DNA of 64,000 bases from Zygnema circumcarinatum SAG 698-1b (lineage: Eukaryota; Plantae; Zygnematophyceae): positions 1,478,689 through 1,542,688 of the forward strand of contig CM074809.1 of assembly GCA_037447605.1 (NCBI GenBank), read 5' to 3'. Positions 12,092 through 24,523 of the stretch are shown one piece after another (within the stretch, counting starts at the first letter, position 1; each line of letters starts with the position of its first letter). The position numbers and the translations under genes are program-made. The notes under the pieces were generated by a model that saw only the letters and a list, made by a program, of their open reading frames with translations, was not told the origin of the DNA and did no database searches.

Positions 12092-13480
12092 CTTAGTCGA
12101 GTACATCACCCTGTAAAATCCCCAGTTCGTTTAACGAAGAATTTTTTTCAATAAAGCGTTTCTACTCGTTCAATCTTTTCCATTTACATGAGTGCACGTG
12201 ATGATTAGTGAGGAAACTTCTAGCTTAAAAGTCCTGACAGAAACATCGTGATCGGTATTTTGACGTTCGGTTCGAAGCAAAGAGTTCCTGCGTGGCTGCT
12301 TCAGTTAAGCTTTCTTTTGCACTATGGAAACGCTTGCTTGAAAACGGCATACGCAACATTCTTTGCACTTGTAGAATGGCTGCTCCTAATGTCTAAATCT
12401 AACATCACAAGGGAATGTCGGTAGCATTCGTGGCCCATAGTCAATTGCCTGGCAACTTGCCACATTCACACGAATCGTCAATGTTATCTTTCGATATGCG
12501 CTTCAACCACCTGTCTTTACGAGAGCTGATGAAAAAGGAGTCTATTTCAGTCTCATCTAGTTTCTCGACATTCCACCTTTTCCTCAGATCCCCCATTTCC
12601 TTTCTTCATTTCTAAGTGGGCCCCCAAGTATTGTGTCAGTCATTACAACCGCTCCACCATATGCATGCGCAGCCATGACCCCATGACCCCACGACCCCAT
12701 CCATGGCGAGCTCCACTTTCACATGTCGCGGAAACGGACCCTCGCCTCCGCCCCGTCCCCTTCCGGCTCACTCCACTCGTCCGTACGGTCTTGTCCTGCG
12801 CGTGTCGCGATTCGAACCCGCGCCGCGCGGTCGGCGCGGAGGCCGCCAGCCAACCGCTTGCAACCGCCGGCCTTGCAACCTCTCCGGCTCGGCGCGCAGC
12901 GGCCCCGCTCCAGCGCTTGCAGGCCCGCGCCCTGCGAGATGAGGCAGCTCCACTCCGCGCAAAAGTGTGATAGTTTGAGATATTTTGGGGATATTTGTAG
13001 AGTTTTTCTTTCTCAAACGTTAGTTGAATCGAGGGACCAGAGGGCTTTAGAGTATGGTATAAGATTCTGCAAATGCAGCAGAGGGCTCCCAGGGAGGAGG
13101 ATGCCGTTGAATTTTCTTGTTTTGGAAATAGGTTTTTAGGTGAAATAATGCAGTGGCAGCTGTACAGTTCGTATTCATCCTTTCGTGCTTTTCGAATCGC
13201 AGGCGCTTTTTTTTTGGGAGGCAATGTACATTATACACCAGTGAAGTGCTTAATTGCGAATGCTAGAACCTATGGGCACCTCACCAACCATTGCATGTAG
13301 ATTTACAGGCTGAGTGACTTTCGATCTGTACATTAGCTTTCGCCTCCAATTATTTCCATCGGCGACAGTGACAGAGAATTTGTGGAAACTGGCGCGAGTC
13401 GCTCTTCGCAAGGGCGTTTCCCTTGATCAGATAGCTGCTCTGTGCATCCACCTCCTCCCCCTCTTCTTGCCTTTGGCCTC

Positions 13481-16400
13481 ATGGGCTCCACTTTTGGAGA
13501 CTGCAGCATTTCTCCACCCGCATTGTCGCCAGCAGCGACGGAGATGACAGGGAGCTCGTCGCCTACTCATCGCTTGGTGGCATTGTCTCCCAATAATAGC
13601 AGTGGGGACCACAGCTCAGACTCCACTGAGGTCAGTGGTCTTGCTAGCAAAGAGTGGAAACTCTTTTTTTTCTGCCCTTTTTTCATTATTTTTGTTTGGG
13701 AGGTGGCCAGTCGGAAGCTTAAATCAGTCTCGTTGAAAAAATCCAGTTCGAATTGCTGGACACGAGTTGGCATTACAGCGACCTTTTCTAATATTGACTG
13801 GCTGCCCACTGAACAACATCTTCAAAAGCGTAGTTTCGTTTTTGTCGACGTGGCATATTGCAATCAATCAAGTAAATAGCTGTTTTCTTATGGCATTTTT
13901 GAAATCTACGGTGTGTGGATATGTGATGCTTGGAAGTCCCTGAGCAGATGTTTTGCAACCAGCAGTCTTAAATTCTAAGCCATTTCCTTACAGGCCTTCC
14001 GACCATTGTCGGCTGGGGGGGTGCATCTTTGAGCGAAACCATGGCATGAAAGCAATTCATAACATAGGACGAACGAAAAGGGATCACAGTGCTAGAGGAG
14101 GGTGTTAGAGAACGTGCTATCAGATCTTTTGTATTATCGCATTGCTTATATGTGTAGCTTCATTCTGTGTGGGTTCATTGCCCGACACAATGACGAAACT
14201 GCGTCGAAATTGACGGCGCACCCTGTCATTGCGCGTGCAGATGCTCTCGATACTTGGCGGAAAAGCTTCTTGCCGGCGCAAATTTGTGATTCACGTCCAG
14301 CTAGTCGACGAATTGGTGCGAAAATTCTGGCAGTTTGACAATGCTGTTAGACCTTCCGCTTGACAGTGCAACACAGTCGACATTAGAAACTCTTCATGAG
14401 TGCAACAGGAATATATTATAATCTCAGTTTTTCTAGTAATCCCCATAGTGAGTCGAGGCGTGACTGGCTGTCCCTTTTTACGAACCACCTCTCCGGGGCA
14501 TGCTGTGGGTTTGCAGGGCAAGCTCGTCCAGAGGGACCTGCCGCTCACTGCCTCCCTTATGTACGCTTGCGACCGGAGGTGAGCCATGCTCCCTCATGAA
14601 CACAGCGCTTCTTATCTTTATCGTGGCAGTGCAGGTCTCAGATTTGGAAGTAAAGTTGCGACTTTCAACCCCAGCGCGCATGGTCTGATTTAGGCAAGTG
14701 AACGGGAATTGGTTGGGGCAGTCCCGTCAAGGTGGAGCCCGGCCAGACTGCGGTAGAACCTCCGCTATTCACAACATTCAACGGTGTTGAGTTTCCATCT
14801 CACGCAAGACCAACTCAGATGGTTGCAGGTCTGTACGCGAGCGTGATGTGTTCTTCGCTGAACGTATTGCATTCGTTAATTTTAAATAAGATTAGCATCT
14901 CGTTGGTGGAGAATAGAAAGCCAATCTTCTTCTGCTGGGGGGCTCGAGCAGGGCGCGCAACATTCAGGCTAGCAATATCCGTCCTGTCTTCAAAATGCGA
15001 AAACCGTCTCTTCACCGTCTGCTTTACTCCCGCAGCCCCCGAGCATTTGGCAAACGCAGCATCCCTGCCGATTTCCTGCTTCTCCGTGCCCATACGCAGG
15101 TGACGCATTTACCCTGTCTGGATGTGATCAATGCAATGCAGGGAGTGAAAAGAACAAGGTGCCGTATTCCTCTTGTGCCTCTTCCAGCAGACACTTTGTA
15201 GGCAACAGGAGAAAACTCACTTGTCGCAAGGGGATCGCAGTAAAGGCATTTGTTGAGTATATAGCTTTGCACAACTGGTCTTTCAGCTGGTCGCTTGTCA
15301 GCCAGAAACTGACTTTTTCTGTGGTTAATTCAGCATTTCTCGCAAACGGTCGCGAACAGCCCCAATTACGAAGAAGCCATCTGCCCCTATCAGCAATGCG
15401 TCCACATCAGCAATATCCACGAATAGCAGGTCATCCTCTTCCCCCTAACCACTCCAAATCAAGACCTGCAAAACATCGTAACAATTCCACACCTTCAAAC
15501 TGTCGTTGTGTTAACTTCCATACCCGACTCACTGCAGCTTCCACCCCTCTGCCGAAACTAGCGCTTCCCCCAAATCGGAGGCCAGGGGACCCCCCTATTG
15601 GACCATGCCCCCTATGGTCGCAAGAGAGAGCTGCGAAACCGCTAAACCGTTGGATGGCATCTCCTTCTCCTCCGTCCCTCACCTGCTTGCCGCCTCCCCC
15701 GAAGGAACCGCCCCCAGCCAAACCGGCGGAGCCGCGCCTCCTCTATGCTCACAGCCCCGCCAGCTGCAGTTCCTGCAGGACCCCCTCTCCCTGCAGGTGC
15801 TCGCCCAAGGAAGAGTAGTTTGTGGGAGAGAAAGTGGGAGTGAGAGGATTGCAACCTGCGTAGCGATTGAGAGAGTGTAGATGGCGGGCCGTTCATTGGG
15901 AGTACTGGCAGCGGTCTTTTTTGCTGACAGGTGTGAGAAATGTGCAGATGTCTCCGCCATCCGACGCTCGAGGGGGTCTATGGACGTCGCTGATGTCGGA
16001 GTTTCCGCTGAATGTGGGAGGGAACGACGAGCAGACGACCCCCCGTTCCAGCATGGCTTATATTACGAGCCAGGTGGCAACCCGCCACAGAGCGACAATG
16101 CAGGATGAGAACTTAGTAGTGCCTTTAGACATGCTGAAAGTGCAAAACTCACAATGTCTAGTCGTTGATACGAGTGATTGCCTTCTAAGATAAGCTTAAA
16201 AAGCGCCAGATCGTATCGAAAGTCTCAGTTCATGCAATCATCCACCTCAACTTCTGCAATCGGAATCTTGAGTTTTTTGACTGGAGTGCTGTGTTAAACT
16301 TTTGATGGGAGAACGTAGTGTTTCCACTGCTCAGTATGCTCGTTTATCAAGAGCTAAGTTCAGTTTGCATTTTCCTGCAGATGGCGCCACCCATTAGTGG

Positions 16401-17302
16401 AGTCGTGGCCGGCTTTGGAGTGAGGGATGACGTTTGGAAGAACCAATCTGCGGGGCCCTTTGGCTTTGAGACGCAGCGCTCTGCCGCCTCCGACCGCTCC
16501 ACCGACGTCCATAGACAGACCGCCTTTCCGCCCCTCAGTGAGTCCCACGCCTCCTTCCTGGCAGCCTCACCTTTTCCTCCCTAAGCCCCTAGTATGAATC
16601 CTGCTGCTTTCCTTCATGCATGTGGCTTCGGGAAGTCTTCTTAATGCAACAACTGGCGTCAAGTTTCCTGCAGGTACCACTCTGTTTGGAGCAATTCTCA
16701 GCCCTGGCGCCCTCTCACCTCCCGGTTTGACGCCGTTCGATCGCTCTGCACTACCTCCGGGTCCGTTCACTCTCACAGACGGGAGCAATTACCCCCCGCG
16801 GACCACCATGGCTGAAACTCCGCTCCTCCATTTGGCTTCCTACCTCCCAACAACCGACTTAGCCACTCCAGAGTCAGGCATCACCGCCTTGAATTCGCCT
16901 GAAGGTGGGTCCATTACGCTGTCGTCGGGCCTTAGAAGGGAGATCAGTCAAACAAAGGCAGCTGTGCTTCCGGAAGGCTCGGACTCCCCTGACAACCGCT
17001 GCTTTTCAGACGGCACCATGGATTCTACGCTGTACAGAGAGCGCCCTTCCTTCCTGCACTCAGCCTTAGCAGCGCACGCCGACTCCTCTCAGCTGGGCTT
17101 CTCAGACTTCACCTCTCTTCCCCCCTCCCCTCCGCGCGGTGACCCCCCTCCGGAGGCCCACCCGCCATTCTCTGCGAGGGAGGGCCCCTTCCTCCATCTC
17201 TCCGCCGCTCTGTCCCCCCTCGGCCGCGTCATGGCGCACTTTTCCCGCGAAGCCTTTCCCAGCGGCGAGGGGCCGCAGACCGTGCGCCGCGTGCGCGGCT
17301 GA
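13481..17302 (+). CDS. Uncharacterised Pro/Ser-rich, probably disordered protein (multi-exon; 5' part uncertain)
   Basis: Phase-consistent GT-AG exon chain from about 14720 (approximately 14720-14828, 15035-15099, 15333-15429, 15538-15797, 15948-16139, 16381-16538, 16674-17302) with no stop. Contains RKRSR (NLS-like), VKVE (SUMO-like) and many SP sites. A candidate first exon 13481-13630 ends at gag|GTCAGT. No recognisable domain. Confidence 0.45.
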
Positions 17303-17339
17303 GGGAGGGAGGGAGGGAGGGAGGGAGGGAGGGAGGGAT
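17301..17339. repeat. (GGGA)n microsatellite
   Basis: About 9 perfect GAGG units directly after the stop codon at 17302. Confidence 0.9.
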
Positions 17340-17981
17340 AGAGGGGGGAAGGAGGAGGGTGAGGGAAGGGAAGAGGATGGAAGGGGGAGGGGCGCTGAAA
17401 GCTAACGGGGGGCTGAGATGCTCGTGAGGAGGCAGAGGAGGGGGGGCCTGGGAAAATTGCCCACGTCCTGGTTTGGATGTTACTGTTTGGAGGTTTTTCG
17501 AACTAAAAGTATCAATTGTGATTGCTTTGGGTGTTCAGCTCTGAGTCATGGACTCATGGCTTCGTTTGCTGCTTCAGTGAGCATGCAGTGGCTGTGAATT
17601 GCATTGGATTTGAGAGAAGGTTGATTGCGAAGTGCTCATTTCGTCAAAAAGAAAAAGGACCGCATAAGATGGCTCAAGCATGTAGAGGCTGCTGCACTGG
17701 CGCCGCGAAGTGTGCATGTTTAGTTGTGAAGCCTGTTAAAACATGAAAATGTACTAATAAGGCAGAAACGAGACAAACAAAAAACGGGACAGAAACGCGT
17801 GGATACGGGACAAACACCCAAACTGCTTATACCATTCGCTTGAGGACTTGTTACAACATGCTGCAGAAAGGAGAGGGTGCTTTATTTTGCCTCATCCAAA
17901 CTCGGAGCTTTCCTAGAATATACACATTTTGAACAGGGCAGGTATGGCAGAGTGAGCCATCACCATTCAAAACACGAATGT

Positions 17982-20900
17982 TTATTCAAGCAGGGTGAAC
18001 TGCTTAGCGAAAATGGCAGTGACGATAACCATTGGAGATGATTGATGATTGATGATTGGTTGATACGTGGATGGTGGGGCGTTACTGGTCATGGAAAGAA
18101 TGGCCACCTCGCAGTTGGAGGGGGTTTCAATTTAGACTTACTTGACCAAAGAGCTTTTGGTCATCCCGTTTGGCTAGACTCCCCGGAGGATCAAGCATTT
18201 GCCTGTTCCTCCTCCGAAGCTCATTTGAGTTTCCACTTGGGGAGGAGGGAGGGCGCATCGTCACCTTTGAGTCGCTGCCACAAGCAAAGCGCATGAACCG
18301 TTAGAAACGTCGTCACCTCCCCAAGCTTCATCTGCCTTCTCCACGGCCTTACCGAGCTGAAGCGGAATTTTTCAAATAGGGCCTAGACAGAGCACGTACC
18401 ACCATTATATCTGAACAGCCTCCCTCAAAGGAAACAACATGAACCATGCTGGCAGCACCGTTCACACTACTGCCTTTTTAGGAGCTCAACAGATTTCCTA
18501 CCCCTCTTTCATCCAGGCATGTAAATCTTTAGATTTAGGCATCACAGGGGTGATCTGCACACAGGAGCAACGAGATCTCACTTGGTGAGCACGTCCACTT
18601 AGTAGCATTGTGGTTGTAGCCTTCGAAGCATCCACATACAAAGCTTCTGCGGAACGGTCTACAGATCCCATTGCCTCCGCATGCCCCCCCCGGCTGGGAG
18701 ATGTTGCACAAGTTTGCGCACTCGGAAGTCGGTCTTTGGGCTGCTAAGTAACAGCCTTTTGGATAGTCAGAGTATATACAGTTTCCTGCAAGGCCGTTAA
18801 TAGGCACAGCTGCAGTGTAAACTACGGGGCAGAACCGCTGTCCCTTTAGGCTGAGGGCAACAGGGCCGTATAAGTAGTTGTTACTGAAGTCAACAGAGAT
18901 GAGATAGGTCGAAGGGAAGTCCATCGTTAGCTGTCCCGTGAAGTAGTTCCTCGCAAAGCTCCTGAATCAGACAGTTGTTTCACCACATCAGCAGTCTACT
19001 TGAATTTCTACCTTCAGCAGCTTGCGGTTCCGGTACTTATCGAAATGGGAAAGGGAAAGGTGCAGCAAGTTGTGGTTTAGATGCGCAGGCTTCCTTGCAC
19101 TTACACTGAAAATAGACTTTCGGAATTGATGAGAGGGGGGTCTCCTGTGAAACGGTTGTTGCTTATATCTCTGCATGCATCCATTAGGCCATCCATCAAA
19201 AAAAAGATGGAAGAAAAAGCATGTCAACAGGAGCTCTGTCGTGAATTTAATGTTCGCACAGTTTTATCAGCAAGAACGAGAGCGAACATGAAGGACTCAC
19301 AGTATTTGAAGGTTCCTCAAGTTGCGAATGGAATTTGGCACTGTTCCGTTGAACCGATTTCCGCTCACATTTCTGCACGCCCATACTGAATAATTCCATA
19401 AGCAAATGATGGGAGCTTGGTTCCATGTAATTCAAGAAGGTCTTGCACAGTCAAAGTACGGAGCAAGGTCAGCTCTTGCGATGAAGAAATTGCCAACAGT
19501 GGCACTCTTTAGGGGACACTAACATCAAATCTCAGTATATGCCTCCCCTCTACTTGGAAGTGAAATAAGTATGTATCACGAAAGCAACCTCCTGGACAGT
19601 TTCTCCTCCAGCTCTTCAAAAGTATTGAGCGCGGTAAAAGACTCTCACAATGATTGAAGGCGAGAGAGATCGCCTATCTCTACCGGCAGTTCGTTCCTCA
19701 TCTTGTTTGAACTGAGGTCCCTGCAGGCCGTACAGAGAGAATGATGAAAACTCTGCCCTCAGGCACATGCTTCACTTTTCAGTTAGCTTCCGGCGACTAC
19801 TCGCGTTACCTAAAGCTGACCTTTTTGAAGATTAAACAAATATTTACAGTGTCTCACGTCTCAATAACTTCATGGCCAGAATTTCATCACCAAATCGAAT
19901 TCAGTTAGTTTGGTATTGAACAAATAATCATCCTTTTCTTCTTCAGTTGAATATTTATTATGTAACTGATTGAATTTTGAAAAATTAAATCTTCAAAATC
20001 AGACGTGTTAACACCGCGTGTTCATGAGCCGCTCTATGTTGGAATGCCAGGACGTGTGAGTGAACAATTCGAACATTTTGAAACAACTGATAAAAAACTC
20101 AAATGTTCAACCTCTAAAAAGAAAATTTAAACCTCCGAATCTCATGTTCAAATCTAACTGAATCAGATTGAACGAAAACAATTGACCGAAAACAAATGTC
20201 CAAATGTTCAGCGGGGTTCGCTCTACTGCTTAAACCTCAATGCATGCCGAGGGAGAGGAGAGGGGCTCTTGGCACTCACAGCACCCAGAGCCCTGCGAGG
20301 TGTCCGATCCGCCCCGAGAGCCGCCCTACGAGCGAGTTCTGGGAGAGGTCCCTGCACCGCCACGTGGAAGGAGGCAACGGGTCAGCGCTCGGACCTGCGC
20401 TGGGCCCGCCCGCCTTCGGAGGGAGGGAGGGAGGGAGGGAGGGAGGGAGGGAGGGAGGGAGGGAGGGAGGGAGGGAGGGAGGGAGGGAGGGAGGGAGGGA
20501 GGGAGGGAGGGAGGGAGGAGGGAGGAGGGAGGGAGGGAGCGGCGGGAGGGAGGGGCGGGAGCGGGAGGGAGGGAGGGGCAGGAGGGAGGGGCAGGAGGGA
20601 GGGGCGGGAGGGAGGGGCAGGAGGGAGGGACGGGAGGGAGGGCGGAGGGAGGGGCGGGAGGAAGGGAGGGAGGGAGGGAGGAGGGAGGGAGGAGGGAGGG
20701 GCGGGAGCGGGAGGGAGGGAGGGAGGGAGGGAGGGAGGGAGGGAGGGAGGGAGGGAGGGAGGGAGGGAGGGAGGGAGGGAGGGAGGGAGGGAGGGAGGGA
20801 GGGAGGGAGGGAGGGAGGGAGGGAGGGAGGAGGAGGGAGGAGGAGGGAGGGAGGGAGGGAGGGAGGGAGGGAGGGAGGGAGGGAGGGAGGGAGGGAGGGG

Positions 20901-22842
20901 CAGGAGGGAGGGGCGGGAGGACGTACAGGCTGGACAGCTCCTTGAGGCGGCCCACTGTTGAAGGTAGTCGTCCAGTGAGGTTGTTGTTTTTGAAGGTTCT
21001 GCACGCACAGCCACACTGTCAGCTGAGGCTCCGGCTCGCTCCTAGGGAAGTAGCTCCTCACGCTACTCTTCTGATTAATCAAGTCAAATGAGAGCTAGAT
21101 AATCATCTCTCTTGCTTCCTCTCTCCCTCACTCCCTCTTTCCCCACCTCACACGCTTCCCTCTCCCTCCCTCTCCTCACCGTTTCCTCGCCAAAGGAGGC
21201 TAAAGGTTAAGAAAATCACCAACTCAACTTCTACTAAACAGAGCCCTGACTGATAGCCCATGAAATAAGCTCACAAATGAAGCTCATGGCCCACAAAGAG
21301 CTCCTTTCAGCTAAGGATAAAGAAGAGGTAATGGCAGGCAATCGCATGAACGAGGCTGCTTTAGAATTCAATGGAAATTAAATGAAAAAAAGGAAAACCG
21401 GCCCAGAGGATCACACGCACGACTTGGACGAAGAGCCAAGCTTTAGAGATACCCGCATTGCTTACAGGAAAATGACAGCAAGTTTGTTCAAGTTTCTAAA
21501 GTGAAGCCCAAGCTGAGTTCCTGGCTAATCGATGATGCAGGCAAAGAAGCTCGTGCTCCAAAAGGAGAGCTTTTCGGTCTGGAAGTGGAGACTGTGGTAA
21601 ACTCATAGAAACGATTGCGCGACAAAATGATTAAAGCGCGCACTGCGAATTCTACGGCAAGCAGAGCGTCTCACACAGTCGGCACGGGAATGCCATGCAT
21701 GAGCTCCATGCTCATTCACATGCGGTCCACAAAGTCGCCCGGCACAATTGTTTCAAAGCGTTTGCAACATGCGCGCTACTGCAAATGCACGTGCGTGACA
21801 TTGCAACTATGCTTGGAAGGCAGCACTTGCAGTAGGAGGAGGCGGAGGCTTACAAAAGTGTGAGGCTGCTGAGGTCGCCAATGGAGGATCGGATTTGGCC
21901 GGAAAGGTTGCGGTTCGAAAGATCCCTGGCAGAGAAGGAAAGCTCTGCCTCAGGTGATTGGAACTAAGAAACAAAAAAAGAAAGAGAGAAAAGTAATACT
22001 GTTTTTTTTTTACCTTTCCTCCTTATAAATCTTAATGTTTGGTCTAAAATGCCATTCTCCGGCGCCAGCCAAGAATTTTTTGACTCGATCTGTAGAATTT
22101 TGGCCTAGTTGAGTAATGCAGACAGTGATATTTCAGGGAGGGAGAAACCTAGCAGAGGCCTTTTGCACGGCTACTCATTCTACCTTGATTCTACATTCTA
22201 GTTTTTTCAGTTGTTCGCTCCTCCTGCCCCTGCATTACGATTTACATAAGGCTCCAGGCAATAGATTTTCACAATGCTGACTAGTTCTATGGATTAAAAA
22301 CCGATAAATTATTCTGCATTTTCAAGTTCATGAAGAATGGAAAAATATGTGCAGGCCCGAAAGCCATCGAGCTTAAGGCTGCAACAGCCTCAACCTGAAA
22401 ACCGTAACTGTAACTGTAACTGCAACTGTGAGCTGCACGCACAAGGACCGCGATCAAGCCCCTCACCCCCCTCAATCCAAAGGAAACCAGCCTTCAGCTT
22501 ACAGAGTAATAACGCGGCCTGCGGCGTTGCAGGAGACACCCTCGAAGTCAGCGCAAGAAGCGCCCTCCGGCCTCCACCCCGCCACCGCCATGCCCTGCAG
22601 CCCCTCCCGCAGGTCCAGAAGCACCGCTCCTGCCGCCATGACGCCCGCCCCTCTCAGCTCAGAGTTCCAAGGCCATGGCCGTCAATGCCGTCGCATGCAG
22701 CCTCGCCCTCTTGCTCAGGCTCTCCAGTGTCTGCAAAGCACTCACTGTCGACAGGGCTGATGGCGACCCCGCGCACTGCTCGCACGTGCAGAGCAAAGAG
22801 AAGAGCTCCACAGAGAAGCAGGCTTCCCGGTAGCGCCGCCAT
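17982..22842 (-). CDS. Secreted LRR protein with a C-terminal Cys-rich EGF-like module; no TM or kinase domain seen
   Basis: Signal peptide MAALPGSLLLCGALLFALHVRAVRG (22842-22746); LRRNT cap WRPEGASCADFEGVSCNAAGRVITL (about 22629-22503); five exact 72-nt phase-2 LRR exons (21925-21854, 20998-20927, 20351-20280, 19720-19649, 19372-19301; e.g. DLSNRNLSGQIRSSIGDLSSLTLL). Exon 18961-18582 holds more LRRs and CGGNGICRPFRRSFVCGCFEGY. The tail exons ending at 17982 are tentative. Confidence 0.8.
20419..20920. repeat. About 500-bp (GGGA)n polypurine/polypyrimidine tract in an LRR-gene intron
   Basis: Pure GAGG runs at both ends with a degenerate G-rich middle. Lies between LRR exons 20998-20927 and 20351-20280. 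Confidence 0.95.
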
Positions 22843-22968
22843 GGCTGCCCTCCTCACTTTCCGCTTTCCACTCTCCTCTTCTCTCCACTCTCCTCCTCTC
22901 TCCTCTCCCGCAGCTCCAGGTCTTACTCTGCTTCCTCCCCTCCGGGCTTCAGTCTCAGGGAGTCGCGT

Positions 22969-23108
22969 GCCACGTGGCGGCCAACTTTTGCGCGCGCGCC
23001 TCCCATTGGCCCGCCGAGGCATCAAGGGCCGCCACGTGGCCTCGGCGCGCTGCGGCCTCTTCAGCCCTGGACAGAGGCGCGCCGCGGCCGTACGGTTAGT
23101 CCGTACGG
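22969..23108. promoter_or_regulatory. Two perfect G-box palindromes (GCCACGTGGC) and two CCGTACGG palindromes upstream of the LRR gene
   Basis: GCCACGTGGC at 22969 and 23031; CCGTACGG at 23088 and 23101; the ATG is at 22842 on the minus strand. Confidence 0.55.
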
Positions 23109-23513
23109 TCTGCAGGCGCGGTTCGTACGACCGGCGCAAGCGAACCGCAGATCGCGGCGGTTCCCACCGCGGTGAGTTCGGTGACCGCGGGCGGCTGCCA
23201 GGTGACGATCGCTTATTGGTTGGCGTAAGAGCGAGGGGCAAATCCGGGGATCTTTTCCAGCTGACCGTTTTTAAAGTCGGCATTATGGCGCGCGCCACGC
23301 GGCGCCGCGAGCGGTTTTTCCGCTCTGCCCGGCGGGCAGCGAACATTTTCCAGCGGGGCTGGCTTGCGGGCGCCGCGCGTAATTGGTTGGCGGAGGTCGG
23401 ACGGCGTCAGGGCTCGAGCTCGCACATGCGGCAGCTGGCCGCGGAGCACCCTTTAATGGCGGGGATTTACTGGTCGCGGCGGGATCGGGCTCCGCTTTCC
23501 TGAACTGCATCTC

Positions 23514-23646
23514 CATGGGGCCCACGGGGCCATGGGGCCATGGGGCCATGGGTGGGCCCCTGGGACCATGGGAACATGGGGGGGATGGGGGGCATTTGGA
23601 CATGGGGGGCCATGGGGGCATGGAGGGGGCATATTAATAACATGGG
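23514..23646. repeat. CATGG/GGGGCCAT short-unit repeat
   Basis: Three tandem GGGGCCAT units and about 10 CATGG motifs in about 135 bp. Confidence 0.8.
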
Positions 23647-24463
23647 CTGATTCGAACGTGGCTGCATGTATGCATTGGCGTGGAACGACGGCCATGCGGG
23701 ACGCGGCATACGGGTCATTACCCTCAACAAATGTACAACTCGTAGACCTGGCTTCCCAGTAGACTAAGAGAATTGTTACATGACATCTAAAAAGAAAACT
23801 GTCAACCGTTTAGGAACGAATGTTTAGTTATGTTGTAGACACATTGTTGTATGACATCATAGTCGATGGCTTCGACTTTCCCAACGAGGCAAGAGATCGG
23901 ACCCACGCAGTGCATGAATCCTCACACTTGCAAAACCACCTTGCGACCAACTGCATGGTACAGGAGCTGTCTGTGCCCATTCGGTGGCTGGACCATCCCG
24001 AATAAGTCTACAACGCAGAAGCGCAAAATACGATACTGTGCAAAAGTAAGGTGACGACCCAGTTTCCATGAAGGTACAGGATTTAGGGGTGAATGCGCGT
24101 CCCCCGCACGAGTTGCGTGGGGTGGGGCAACAGACCCTCTGCAACTACCGCACACAAAAAGAACGAGTGGTTTCGAGAACGATACGGAGGTTTGGCGGAC
24201 CGTACGATACCGGTGTATACAATTAGTCAGTGTTGACCTGTCCTGGAGCCACAAGAGTGCTTCTGCAAGCCACTTCCGCCGTATGGCAAGTAGCCGTAGT
24301 CTGCGACCTCAAACTGGGCATTTCCCAGGAAGCTCACATGCACGTGTTCCCTGTTCACCTCGTTTTGGACTCCGTTGGGGGCCGGAGAGCGGCACTTATC
24401 CTTGTGGGAAGCATTCTCCTCCGAGCCCGCTTATGACTTTATCTTCTTTCTCTAAAATCAAGG

Positions 24464-24523
24464 CTCTATCTTTGTCAATAAGCTCTATCTTTGTCAATAA
24501 ACTCTATCTTTGTCAATAAGCTC
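24464..24523. repeat. 19-bp tandem repeat, 3 copies (CTCTATCTTTGTCAATAAR)
   Basis: Copies start at 24464, 24483 and 24502, with one mismatch. Confidence 0.95.

Noticed and set aside
12809-12818. tRNA T-loop-like GGTTCGAATC on the minus strand
   Set aside because: The flanks do not form a T-stem, and no acceptor, D or anticodon arms could be built.
20182-21091. Six overlapping 200-280 aa ORFs (GREGGRE / PPSLPPS repeats)
   Set aside because: They are translations of the intronic (GGGA)n tract; only the 72-nt LRR exons at its edges are coding.
22337-23730. Long Arg/Pro/Gly-rich ORFs of up to 388 aa
   Set aside because: Stop-poor GC-rich promoter DNA and antisense shadows of the LRR gene's first exons; no domain signal.
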